Shown: positions 9,653 to 18,646 of the stretch, in pieces | How positions within the stretch are numbered: position 1 is the stretch's first letter | How the letters are laid out: the number at the start of each line of letters is the position of its first letter | Origin: a virus | Length of the DNA: 64,000 bases | Strand: one strand, 5' to 3' | IMG/VR virus record: IMGVR_UViG_3300013307_000004 | Span: 3,781-67,780 of that record | Made by a program: the position numbers and the translations under genes | Notes under the pieces: model-generated | Database searches by the model: none | What the model was told of the DNA's origin: nothing | Seen by the model: the letters and a program-made list of their open reading frames with translations, nothing else

Positions 9653-11286
9653 TAATGAAACGCTCCTCCAGCTGTTTGGGCCATAGTTCTCTGATCTCGG
9701 ATTCTTAGAGCATCTCTGAGACCGGAGGAAATAACCTGAGTCGCTTGTTCTGGCGTGCTATTCGGAGGAACTACTATTTGACCTATGTGAACGTTTACGT
9801 CACCTGAGGACAGTTTGTTTTCCCAAGTCTGCATGCCGGCAGCGTAGTTTCTGTAGGTATCTTCGTAGTATCCACCCTTTTTAAGAGCTTCAGCAAAATG
9901 TTCGATATCTTTTGCTTCAGTTATTCCTTGAGATTTGTATCTCTTACTAGTGATAATTTTGGCATAGTCAGAAGCAAAATCTTCTAGACTCGAATACTCA
10001 CGATAAGTCTTATCCGAGTTTTCGATTCCAGCTGCATTATTCTTAGATTTGAAAACAGAGCTAGTAAATCCACCTGTTTCATGAGCCCACTGGTCCAATA
10101 TAAGATTAGAAGGAATTCCAGTCTGTTTTGAGACCATTTCAGCCAGAGATCTCATGTCAGTAACTCCCTGACCGCCATAACCCATAGGAACCCTACTAAA
10201 GACTTCTGGTCTAACTGGAGTATGACTCAAATTGTAGCTGTTGATGGCTTTAAAGTCCGGATTGTTTACCTGTTGATCTTTCTGAAAGGTAAACATATCC
10301 CTAACATCAGCGGCTGCTTTAACAGATTCGTCAGCTGCTCTGTTGATATACTTCTTAGCCTCATCCAGACTACCATGAGTGTAAGCGGCTTTAACTGCTT
10401 CATAAGCCGCAAAGGCAGAGTTAGCTATAGCCATGAAAGAATGACCGCCAACTTTACCAAGTAGATCAAAAGTTAGGATCATTTTCGTGACGTCGTTGAT
10501 GAGATCATCGAAAGTCTTCAGGAGGCTTTTGGCGCTCACGTCTTGAGTTTGAATGGAATCATCACCATCTAGAACGCCAAATAGATACTGAAAGTCTCCT
10601 GCTGCTGTTTTCACCATACTTCCGATGTCTGACATTACTACTTTGACATCGTCCCAAACTGGAACGAAATCAGTAGAAATCTCATCAGAAATAGCAGGGA
10701 GATTTGAAGTGAACCAATCATTCAGATCTTGAAGTTTCTTGAGTTGATCATCAGAACTCAGACCGGCTTTTTCGAAGAGTTTAGAAATTGTACCACCAAG
10801 TAAGAATTCGAATTCAGTGGTGAATCTCTTTACTTCCATCCGATAATCTCGGATTTTCTTCATGTTCTCATCAAACGAGCCACCCATGGCTCTGCCGAGT
10901 TTAATGTTCTGCTCATAGAGATATTGAAATCTCTTATTGAGTTCTGGATCATAAGCAACCTCATCAATCGTAGCCCCGAGCTCATCCAATGAAACCTGCA
11001 TGGCTCGAGCAGATTCCTTAGTCATCAGCATTCTGAGGCCAAGAAGTCTGTAAGACTGATCGGTCATTGCTGTTTTATCCGCAAGTCCTATGAGACCCAG
11101 TCCAATTGCGGATAAAGCGCCTACCGCTACCGCCTCTAATTTAAAGAAGCCAGTAGCTGATTGAAGAGTGAAATTCTCCGTAAGTTTTTGGGTGTCCTTA
11201 AGTACAAACCCAAGTTTGTGAAAAGAGGCCGTGTCAGGCAAAGCTCCTACTCTTATAAAGTAGGATTCTAAAATATTTTCTGCCAT
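9652..11286 (-). CDS. Tape measure protein with C-terminal glucosaminidase (GH73/FlgJ-like) domain
   Basis: Helical N-terminal part; QWAHETG...NNAAGI...YSSLEDF...ALKKGGYYED motif. Confidence 0.8.
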   Translation of the reverse strand: MAENILESYFIRVGALPDTASFHKLGFVLKDTQKLTENFTLQSATGFFKLEAVAVGALSAIGLGLIGLADKTAMTDQSYRLLGLRMLMTKESARAMQVSLDELGATIDEVAYDPELNKRFQYLYEQNIKLGRAMGGSFDENMKKIRDYRMEVKRFTTEFEFLLGGTISKLFEKAGLSSDDQLKKLQDLNDWFTSNLPAISDEISTDFVPVWDDVKVVMSDIGSMVKTAAGDFQYLFGVLDGDDSIQTQDVSAKSLLKTFDDLINDVTKMILTFDLLGKVGGHSFMAIANSAFAAYEAVKAAYTHGSLDEAKKYINRAADESVKAAADVRDMFTFQKDQQVNNPDFKAINSYNLSHTPVRPEVFSRVPMGYGGQGVTDMRSLAEMVSKQTGIPSNLILDQWAHETGGFTSSVFKSKNNAAGIENSDKTYREYSSLEDFASDYAKIITSKRYKSQGITEAKDIEHFAEALKKGGYYEDTYRNYAAGMQTWENKLSSGDVNVHIGQIVVPPNSTPEQATQVISSGLRDALRIRDQRTMAQTAGGAFH

Positions 11287-11486
11287 TAGCCTTTTTCCTG
11301 CGACCTTCTCCAGGCTCTGGCCCGGTTCTCATTCTCTAGTCGAACGTCTAGAAGCTCCACAGCATCGAACAGATCATCAATGGTATATGTTCCATCGAAT
11401 GTTTCATGGAGTCTCCATAGCCCGTCTTGGACCGGTCTCATTAGAAACGGGTCCAAGCTGGGATATTCTGTCGGTTCCCAGTTCAC
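11286..11486 (-). CDS. Tail assembly chaperone C-terminal extension (probably reached by -1 frameshift)
   Basis: FLMRPV...DGTYTIDDLFDAVELLD motif; in the -1 frame of the upstream chaperone. Confidence 0.7.
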   Translation of the reverse strand: MNWEPTEYPSLDPFLMRPVQDGLWRLHETFDGTYTIDDLFDAVELLDVRLENENRARAWRRSQEKG

Positions 11487-11860
11487 TTCTGAGTGTTCGG
11501 TGAATTCGACTCTGGGCCGACTAGAAAAGGGGAAAGACTGAATGCCAACGACTCAGTTGTGAGAGAAAGAAGTTCATTTGCTTCTAAAGGCATGGTAACT
11601 GTTCCCGAAGGCCCTAGTACAGCCGTCGGAAATGTGTTTCCTTCCTTAGTATCCAAGAAGTAAACTCTCTTCAAAGCCTCAGTTTCTATCATCGTGTATT
11701 CTTCTCTGGTAAGCTTACCTAGAGCGCTAAGAATATTTCCTCCCTCAGACCTGCTTCCCATAGTTGTAAACAACCAGCAGGCTGTGCGGGGATCCATTTT
11801 CTTTACCTCGAACGTTCTTTCCCCTACAGTTACTGTTCTTGAAGTTTGCCGATTTTCCAC
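11483..11860 (-). CDS. Tail assembly chaperone
   Basis: Position between tube and tape measure; slippery C CCT TTT near the 3' end. Confidence 0.75.
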   Translation of the reverse strand: MENRQTSRTVTVGERTFEVKKMDPRTACWLFTTMGSRSEGGNILSALGKLTREEYTMIETEALKRVYFLDTKEGNTFPTAVLGPSGTVTMPLEANELLSLTTESLAFSLSPFLVGPESNSPNTQK

Positions 11861-11870
11861 TTCAATCTCC

Positions 11871-12311
11871 TTACATAGTCACTACATTTGCAGCCATAAG
11901 CTTCCAAGTACAGAAACCACCTGAAGGACCGTATGGCTTATCTGGAATTTTAGTTGGAGAAACTCCTGTGAGAATGTGAATTGCCCCACTAAGAAGATCA
12001 ACAACTTTAACTGCTGCCGCTGCGAACTGTTGAGCATTCTGATTTTCACTCAGAGTAAACTTGGTATTAGCCCAGTTTACTAAGAACTGATGCAGAGTGC
12101 TATTTTGCTGAGTCTCAAGCGTGAAGGAACCGTTGCTCCCAGAAACATAGCTGACCATGACGGTGCCATCTGCAGCAACATCATGAACAGTACGATCAAC
12201 TGTGTAGTCAATCGTAATGTTTTTCACACCTTGCTGACCCTCAAATGCGAACGCTCCAGTATCAGGATCTGTGAACGCTCCCACAATACTTTTAAAGGCA
12301 TAGGTTGTCAT
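11871..12311 (-). CDS. Tail tube protein (DUF3277-like)
   Basis: MTTYAF, DVAADG and LETQQNS motifs; follows sheath. Confidence 0.8.
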   Translation of the reverse strand: MTTYAFKSIVGAFTDPDTGAFAFEGQQGVKNITIDYTVDRTVHDVAADGTVMVSYVSGSNGSFTLETQQNSTLHQFLVNWANTKFTLSENQNAQQFAAAAVKVVDLLSGAIHILTGVSPTKIPDKPYGPSGGFCTWKLMAANVVTM

Positions 12312-12323
12312 CTATATTCCTTT

Positions 12324-13751
12324 CTATGCTTGAACCAAAACTTGGATCGTAACAAAATGAACAGCCCCTGCCTCAATTAGTGCTACGTAGATTGGAGGAG
12401 CTTTACGAGCCTGAATATCCGATTGGCTCAAACTGCTGTATTTAGGAGTAAGAACCAAATACCCGAGTGGTAGAGCCTGTCCAGCAACTAGTTTGTTATT
12501 TCCACCAACATCGATTGTCTGACCTTGCCAAACCCCAGGAGCAATGAAACCAGTGTCTGCAGACTTAGCCAGAGCTCTTTCAACTTCCTGAACTAGAATC
12601 TGCTGACCAGCATCAGTCTGAGGTACTTTAGGCAAAGTAGTCAGTTTGTTCATCACGTTGAATTGAATATTAGCAGCTAGAACATCCAACCCAAGCATCT
12701 GATCAAAGAAGACCAGATCTGCCATCATGGTACCTTGCTCAAGAATGCTAAACTTGTTAGCATAATTGAGATACAGATTACCATTAGGACCTTCACCGCG
12801 AGTAACACCCTCGATTTTATCTACTTGAGTTGTAGTGAGTGGCTCAACATAGACATTCACCAGGGGAAGCCCGGCATTGAACTTCATGGTGAAGGAAGAA
12901 TTTGATAGCTGAGTATTTGAACCCATCGCTCTGCCCATAACAGCAGCAGCGAAATAAGGCTGGTTAGGATAAGTTCCACCCTGAGTTGTTGCGTACTGCA
13001 TCCATGTTCTACTGGAATTAGCGGCAAAAATAGTCAGAAGAACGTTTCCAGCTGTTCCAGTTGGAACATCTGAATCTGCAGTAACCCCAAAGTACAGAGT
13101 GCCTACTTGAGTCTGAGTCCATGCTGCAATTGCAATATGATCTGCCTTAGCCGCACCGCATACCATTCCGGGGTACCACTCAGCATTCTGCGCTCGGCAG
13201 TATTCAAAAGCTTGAAGGCAGCTCTCACCGATAGCAGTGATATCGACAGTAAGACCCGAACCAGTTGAAGGACTGACAGCAGTAGTAGTTTCGCCAGAAG
13301 AGACTGCATACCCTGTTCCCTGGGATCCAAAGAGAATACCGATAGAGGAAGGAACTCCAGCAGTAGCCGCTAGGATTACTCCGACACCGCCAGTGCCGCC
13401 AGAGATATTGAAATGATCTCCAACAGCCCATCCGGTACCGGCTACGTTAATAGCAATAGCAGAAATAGCTGTCAGATCTTGTCTTCCGATCAAAACAGCT
13501 GCGGGTGGCTCAGGTTGGCTGAAATAGAGACCAGCTGCGATATAAGCAGGATCTGTTGGTGAGAATCCATCTGTTAACATTGCGGTGGAATAGGTTGCTT
13601 GAAGGTACTTTCTAGTTCTTTCAGAAGAAGGAATTACAGCTTCTGAACCGACAATCAAACCCATATTAAAGGTTGGTGCGGCTACTTGAGGTGAATTGGT
13701 CACCACAGTTACGTCCGCGATTATGCTAAGAGGTAACGGATTAGATGACAT
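12324..13751 (-). CDS. Contractile tail sheath (DUF3383-like)
   Basis: AAGLYFSQP, KVPQTDAGQ, GFIAPGVW, RKAPPI and AGAVHFV motifs. Confidence 0.9.
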   Translation of the reverse strand: MSSNPLPLSIIADVTVVTNSPQVAAPTFNMGLIVGSEAVIPSSERTRKYLQATYSTAMLTDGFSPTDPAYIAAGLYFSQPEPPAAVLIGRQDLTAISAIAINVAGTGWAVGDHFNISGGTGGVGVILAATAGVPSSIGILFGSQGTGYAVSSGETTTAVSPSTGSGLTVDITAIGESCLQAFEYCRAQNAEWYPGMVCGAAKADHIAIAAWTQTQVGTLYFGVTADSDVPTGTAGNVLLTIFAANSSRTWMQYATTQGGTYPNQPYFAAAVMGRAMGSNTQLSNSSFTMKFNAGLPLVNVYVEPLTTTQVDKIEGVTRGEGPNGNLYLNYANKFSILEQGTMMADLVFFDQMLGLDVLAANIQFNVMNKLTTLPKVPQTDAGQQILVQEVERALAKSADTGFIAPGVWQGQTIDVGGNNKLVAGQALPLGYLVLTPKYSSLSQSDIQARKAPPIYVALIEAGAVHFVTIQVLVQA

Positions 13752-13781
13752 ATTTCAGTGACTCCTTACGTCGTAACTGTG

Positions 13782-14609
13782 TTATGGTGCTGTGACCGTG
13801 AAGTCTGTCTGGAGACCGGTTTCATTGTAGATCTTGACCTCAACAGACTTTACAGTACCAACGGTCAGGGTCTCTGTAATCTGTTCGTTAAAGTCAATCA
13901 CCATATCTTGCCGTTCCCACCATTGACCTTGAAATCTTTCTGGTCCTCTAGAAGGTTCCTCAATCGATGGATTTATGTATAGATTACTATCCGCTAGATA
14001 CTTTGTAGCGAACAGTGATTTCAGTAAACCCGATTGAATTAATTTACAGTTGTTAGTAGAATTTGGACCATAAAAAGTCCAATGACTGGTCCACATTCTA
14101 GTAAAAACATCTGTAAAAGTTCCAGTTAAACCCGAAAATTGATTGTCTCTTAGTCTAGAATAAGCACTATCTTCAGTAGTACATCTTATGAAAAGAGTGT
14201 CTTTATCTATACTAGGACCTGGTTGTCCCTGTCTAAGCCAGCCGATTCTAACCTTAGAAAAAGCTAATGGATCTGCTATGACAAGGGACGAAACTCCTGT
14301 AGTCGTAGCGTTTGAGTCCATCGTGAATGTTCCAAGCAATGGATCTACACTAATGATTTTAGCTCCAGAAGGTACTCCAGTTCCTGTTACTGTTTCTCCA
14401 GCATAAATCAACCATGTGTTACTTGGAAAATCAGGTTGACTAGGAGTTGCAATGGGAGAACCAGAAACTAACGCTACATTCAGTGTAAGTGGAGAAGCCA
14501 GAATACCTAACAGTTGAGCCGCTACGAACTGAAAAACTGTCTCAATTTCTTTATCAGAATGGGCATCTGAGGTAAATAGATTTCCATCAGGCCACTGAAT
14601 GCTTTGCAT
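13782..14609 (-). CDS. Neck/tail terminator protein with inserted beta domain
   Basis: HWTFYGPNS and PERFQGQWWERQD motifs; position upstream of sheath. Confidence 0.7.
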   Translation of the reverse strand: MQSIQWPDGNLFTSDAHSDKEIETVFQFVAAQLLGILASPLTLNVALVSGSPIATPSQPDFPSNTWLIYAGETVTGTGVPSGAKIISVDPLLGTFTMDSNATTTGVSSLVIADPLAFSKVRIGWLRQGQPGPSIDKDTLFIRCTTEDSAYSRLRDNQFSGLTGTFTDVFTRMWTSHWTFYGPNSTNNCKLIQSGLLKSLFATKYLADSNLYINPSIEEPSRGPERFQGQWWERQDMVIDFNEQITETLTVGTVKSVEVKIYNETGLQTDFTVTAP

Positions 14610-15023
14610 TTAGTTTCCTGCCAATCTAACCGCAATTGCTTTCCAGAAATTGCGATTGGGATAAGGGAACACCTGAAGAACTCTCCACTTGGTGTAGCCC
14701 CAATCGATGATGTCACTTACTCTCTGATCTGGATCTATTCCGCTGGAACCGCCTCCATTTGGATCACCTTGTTCTGTATCTAACTGAGTTAGATATATTC
14801 TCTGTTGAGAATGAAACACCATAGATCCTGTGATTCTATCAGCTTCAGGAATCATTTCGAGATCTTCTGGCGTAGCAACAGAAACTACTCCCCACCCAGG
14901 GATAGTAACAGAACTAGTAGTCCATCCTCCAAGTTGAAATGAGCCAGTAGATCTAATGATTGAGTATGACTCTGAGAGCACTCCATCATCAACTACAAAT
15001 GCTAGATCATCTACTTCACTCAT
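14610..15023 (-). CDS. Head-closure (head-tail joining) protein
   Basis: ATPEDLEMIPEADRITG and SDIIDWG motifs; synteny. Confidence 0.65.
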   Translation of the reverse strand: MSEVDDLAFVVDDGVLSESYSIIRSTGSFQLGGWTTSSVTIPGWGVVSVATPEDLEMIPEADRITGSMVFHSQQRIYLTQLDTEQGDPNGGGSSGIDPDQRVSDIIDWGYTKWRVLQVFPYPNRNFWKAIAVRLAGN

Positions 15024-15708
15024 CTTTTACCTTCTCTTCTCGGAGGACATACGTGATAGCCTTTCTCATTGTGTCTGAGAAAATACCAGGAGAATCAAAA
15101 CCCTTGGCTCTGATGGTAGCAGGACTATTTCCAGGCCAGCCATTAGCGGGATTAGTGAACCAATTTCTAGCGGCCTGTGAAGCGAAGATTCCGACCTTCT
15201 TGAGAATTGCCTGTGCCTGAGATGATTGACCGTCTAATTGAAGTTTCGCGGCCTGTGCGAGCATCTCAGAAATTTGTTTCTTATTCGGCGCGAAAAACAG
15301 AGAAGCCTTTAAAACTGATCTTGGAGGTTGTTGCTTTAATGGAGAACCCTTTTCAAACATGGCTAAAAGATAAGCATTACTCAGATTGGATCTTTTCTTA
15401 AGAGTAATGAGTTTCTTTTTCTTTAGAAGACTGGCTTTCTTAGTAGACGTAAATTTTTCTATTCTTTTCTGAATTTCCTTACGTCTTCTGAAAGCAGTTG
15501 AAGTATCTCCAGGAACGCCTACTAGTAACATGTGGGAACCAATTTGCTTGATTCCCATGAAGTAATTCTGAGCATTTCCTTTATGAATAACTTCTACTGG
15601 AAGTTTTTCTGCTTTAGGAGTCTTAGACTTCTCTAGAGCAGCGACAGCCTCTTTTCCACGTTTTTTAGCTCGCCAGAACTCGATGAGTTCCTTATTTGAT
15701 GGAGGCAT
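15016..15708 (-). CDS. Neck/tail completion protein
   Basis: LLVGVP, SNAYLLAMFEKGSP...PPRS and WPGNSPATIRAKG...MRKAITYV motifs. Confidence 0.7.
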   Translation of the reverse strand: MPPSNKELIEFWRAKKRGKEAVAALEKSKTPKAEKLPVEVIHKGNAQNYFMGIKQIGSHMLLVGVPGDTSTAFRRRKEIQKRIEKFTSTKKASLLKKKKLITLKKRSNLSNAYLLAMFEKGSPLKQQPPRSVLKASLFFAPNKKQISEMLAQAAKLQLDGQSSQAQAILKKVGIFASQAARNWFTNPANGWPGNSPATIRAKGFDSPGIFSDTMRKAITYVLREEKVKDE

Positions 15709-16454
15709 TACGGCACCCAAACAGGTCCAGAACACGTGGCCATTGCCACTGTAATGAACAATTCTCCATACTGAGTCTCAGACCATGCTCCCCACTGTTC
15801 CCAGCCTTCAACCACCTTAGAAGAAGCACTGACATCGCCAGCTGCTCTGTGGACGATGATTCCCTTTGTAAGTCCAGAGGAAGCTATTTGAGCTGCTGTA
15901 AGATTAGGTCCGGCCTCAGTTCTGAGGTAGAGAGTGAGATAGTGAGCCACAAAGTAGGCTACCTGCATGAACCAAGCTTGCTTGTACCGAGCTTGCATTA
16001 CAGAAGCCAAAGCTAACTCAAGATACGTCATCATCACAATGAGTGGCGCCCATGGAGCTTTATAGACTGTGAGAGTCGTATCTGTAGCAATAGCAACTTC
16101 TGTAAGAGTAATGGTATTCGTATTAGTGTCAATAGACTCAATGAGAGTATCTTTTGGAAAAGAGTTCAGATTGACTACTAATTGACCTACAGCTAATCCA
16201 ACAAGCAAACCCGGAGGAACTGTCACTATAGGAGAACCTAAAGTAATAGTCAGTCCATTTAGAACTGTTGGTGGTCCAAAAAACTTTGGATAGATAGTTA
16301 GAAAATCTGTTAGCGTATATGGCGGGTTTCCGGAGAATACCATTCCGGATGCTCCACCAAAGTACATTAGAGTGAGACTGCCGAAGTCCAACCCCGCAGT
16401 ACCATAGAGCATATCATAGAATCCGGCAATGTCCGGAAACCCGTAGGTACCCAT
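15708..16454 (-). CDS. Head-tail adaptor (DUF4054-like) with inserted beta domain
   Basis: DFLTIYPKF, YFVAHYLTL, AGDVSAS and WSETQYG motifs. Confidence 0.8.
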   Translation of the reverse strand: MGTYGFPDIAGFYDMLYGTAGLDFGSLTLMYFGGASGMVFSGNPPYTLTDFLTIYPKFFGPPTVLNGLTITLGSPIVTVPPGLLVGLAVGQLVVNLNSFPKDTLIESIDTNTNTITLTEVAIATDTTLTVYKAPWAPLIVMMTYLELALASVMQARYKQAWFMQVAYFVAHYLTLYLRTEAGPNLTAAQIASSGLTKGIIVHRAAGDVSASSKVVEGWEQWGAWSETQYGELFITVAMATCSGPVWVP

Positions 16455-16463
16455 ATAAGCTCC

Positions 16464-16970
16464 TTACTTCGATTCTGTTTCTTCCTCTTGAGAATCTTCA
16501 GAATCCTCAGAGTCTTCATCCTCATCTACAGCTTCAGCACTAGGAATCAGGGACGGAGTAGATTCCTGTTCCGGTGCAGTCTCTTTTTCCTGATTCGGTT
16601 CGTCCGAATCATCCGAAGAAGCACTTGGTGCTTGTGGAATCTGAGAGGCGGTTTGAGAAGTCTGAAGGGGAGAATCTTCATCTTCAAGAGGCTTAACTTG
16701 AGGCTCTTTTCCCCTAACGTCTGTTTGAGACCTTGCAGCTTGAATCTGTTCATCTGTGGGTCTGCTCTTAGCTCTGTTCTTCTTTCCACCGCGATGAATC
16801 GTGACTGTTCCATCTTTCACAAGCAAATCGAAACCTGGATGATCTTCTACGTCATCCGGGACTCTTACTGCTTGATTTGCTGGGACATGGACTAAACCTA
16901 GTTGATCTGCTCTCGTACCACTAAAGGACGGAGAGTGAAGATTAACGTGCCGAGTTGACTTAATAATCAT
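16464..16970 (-). CDS. Hypothetical protein with acidic low-complexity C-terminus (post-capsid gene)
   Basis: ORF directly after the major capsid gene; VPDDVEDHPGFDLLVKDG followed by an acidic tail. Confidence 0.6.
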   Translation of the reverse strand: MIIKSTRHVNLHSPSFSGTRADQLGLVHVPANQAVRVPDDVEDHPGFDLLVKDGTVTIHRGGKKNRAKSRPTDEQIQAARSQTDVRGKEPQVKPLEDEDSPLQTSQTASQIPQAPSASSDDSDEPNQEKETAPEQESTPSLIPSAEAVDEDEDSEDSEDSQEEETESK

Positions 16971-16981
16971 CGTAATCTCCT

Positions 16982-17025
16982 AAAAAAAACTGCGGGTCCC
17001 CAAGACCTACCCAAGAGACCCGCAG
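16982..17025 (-). terminator. Rho-independent terminator after major capsid gene
   Basis: CTGCGGGTC...GACCCGCAG stem followed by a T8 run on the minus strand. Confidence 0.8.
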
Positions 17026-17044
17026 GTTCCTTGCCAGGAAAAGA

Positions 17045-18055
17045 TTATGCGCCGTAGAAAATGCCAACAGTCTGCGGACGGTTAATCTTAACCACGCCAA
17101 TGTTTGCCAGGTACAGGAATTCGAAGCACCCAGATACGATAGACGGAGGCGCACCAAACCTGGTGAGCTCCTGCGGAATGCCCAAAGACAGGCAGTCCTT
17201 ATCGTACTTATATGCGATAATTTCCTGTGAAGTGCTTGGACCCTGACCATCAAGCCACTGAGGCAGAGGATAAAACTCCGGCTCAATTCCAAAGGCAGAG
17301 CCAAGATAGTTCCTCTTGACGTAATCTGCAATTGAAGCATAGCCCTGAACTCCACCAACAATAGCCATTGGAGCAGTTATTTGAATGTACTGCGCCGGCG
17401 GAATAAGGAACCGATCCGGCATTGCACCAGGTGCATTACCAGAAGCGTTCCAGATCGTCAACGCCATGAAGTTGAAGTCACCCAGAATAGCAACAGGACT
17501 CTTCGTCGACCAGGTCATGGTAGAACCAGTACCAGTGGCCGGCAAAGCAGTCTGAGTCACGCCAGGATTGTTCACCAAGCCATAGATGCCATTAAAACCA
17601 GCATAGGCACGGCGATCAAGAGTCTTGCTGTAATCAACACGAACGCCCTTGTCCAGGAGGTCCTGAGGACTACGACCAACCTGTGCCATACGCAGTGATT
17701 CCACAATGGGAATCCTGATGCGTACTTGGTACGGAAACACAGGCCAGACGTCCTGAGTGTTGTTGTATTCGATTACGCGAGAATCGTTGGTCTGAGATCC
17801 TGCTGAGTTATCAGCCGGCCCGCGAAAATCTACGTTGTGGGCAATGTGGTTCATGATCCATCCGCCGCCGCGATCAATGGGAAGATCACGGAGGTATGTG
17901 TAGTTCTCAAGGGGCAGACGAACTACAGGATCAAGTTTGGCAAGCTCTGCCATGAGGAAGGACTGTCCCGTCGCGGCCGCAGCAGCATCAGAAAGGACTT
18001 TTCCACTCCGCAGAGCTTGAAGATTCTGCTCATATTCACGTGGAGATAGACTCAT
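17045..18055 (-). CDS. Major capsid protein (DUF2184-like)
   Basis: FLMAELAKLDP, RRAYAGF..IYGLVNNP, ILGDFN and PDRFLIPP motifs. Confidence 0.9.
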   Translation of the reverse strand: MSLSPREYEQNLQALRSGKVLSDAAAAATGQSFLMAELAKLDPVVRLPLENYTYLRDLPIDRGGGWIMNHIAHNVDFRGPADNSAGSQTNDSRVIEYNNTQDVWPVFPYQVRIRIPIVESLRMAQVGRSPQDLLDKGVRVDYSKTLDRRAYAGFNGIYGLVNNPGVTQTALPATGTGSTMTWSTKSPVAILGDFNFMALTIWNASGNAPGAMPDRFLIPPAQYIQITAPMAIVGGVQGYASIADYVKRNYLGSAFGIEPEFYPLPQWLDGQGPSTSQEIIAYKYDKDCLSLGIPQELTRFGAPPSIVSGCFEFLYLANIGVVKINRPQTVGIFYGA

Positions 18056-18082
18056 TGTATTCTATTAGACCTTTCCTTCCGC

Positions 18083-18643
18083 TTACGGAATCTGACGAGC
18101 AAGAATGGTGACCTGGGCCGTACCATCTACTTCCAGGAAACCAGTCTTCCATTTAAAGTTAGGATAAAGTACGGAATTAGATCCGTCAGCCTGAGCTTCC
18201 AGACCACCAACAACACCGTTCGGAACAGCACCATTCAGCACGGTACGGATCCAAACGCTACCACCAGCAGTCGGCGTACCGTTCGCGCAGTAAACATTGA
18301 TAGTTCCCTGAACGAGAACATCGCAAGGTTGACCAGGAAGGTAAGAACCACCAGGAGTAACAGCCCCATTTGTTCCCTGAACATTGTAAGTGGGGTTGAT
18401 GTTGACGTTACTGACCGCGATGCCCACTGGAATACTGGCAGTCAGTGTGCCACTATTCGCAATAAACTGAGCTACACTGGAATACGTGTTGTCAGTGTTA
18501 AGAACGGCAGTTTCACCGAACGCGATGCTCTTCGTATCAGTCGGCTTTACTTGCCTCTCGGATCGAAGGGAATATCCCTCGTTGCTGATGCTCCCAACGA
18601 ATCCTAGGTATAGTCCTTTTACAGGAATGACTGTTGCTGGCAT
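18083..18643 (-). CDS. Capsid cement/decoration protein
   Basis: IAFG, DVLVQGTINVYC and GGSVWIR motifs; between protease and capsid genes. Confidence 0.75.
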   Translation of the reverse strand: MPATVIPVKGLYLGFVGSISNEGYSLRSERQVKPTDTKSIAFGETAVLNTDNTYSSVAQFIANSGTLTASIPVGIAVSNVNINPTYNVQGTNGAVTPGGSYLPGQPCDVLVQGTINVYCANGTPTAGGSVWIRTVLNGAVPNGVVGGLEAQADGSNSVLYPNFKWKTGFLEVDGTAQVTILARQIP

Positions 18644-18646
18644 GTT

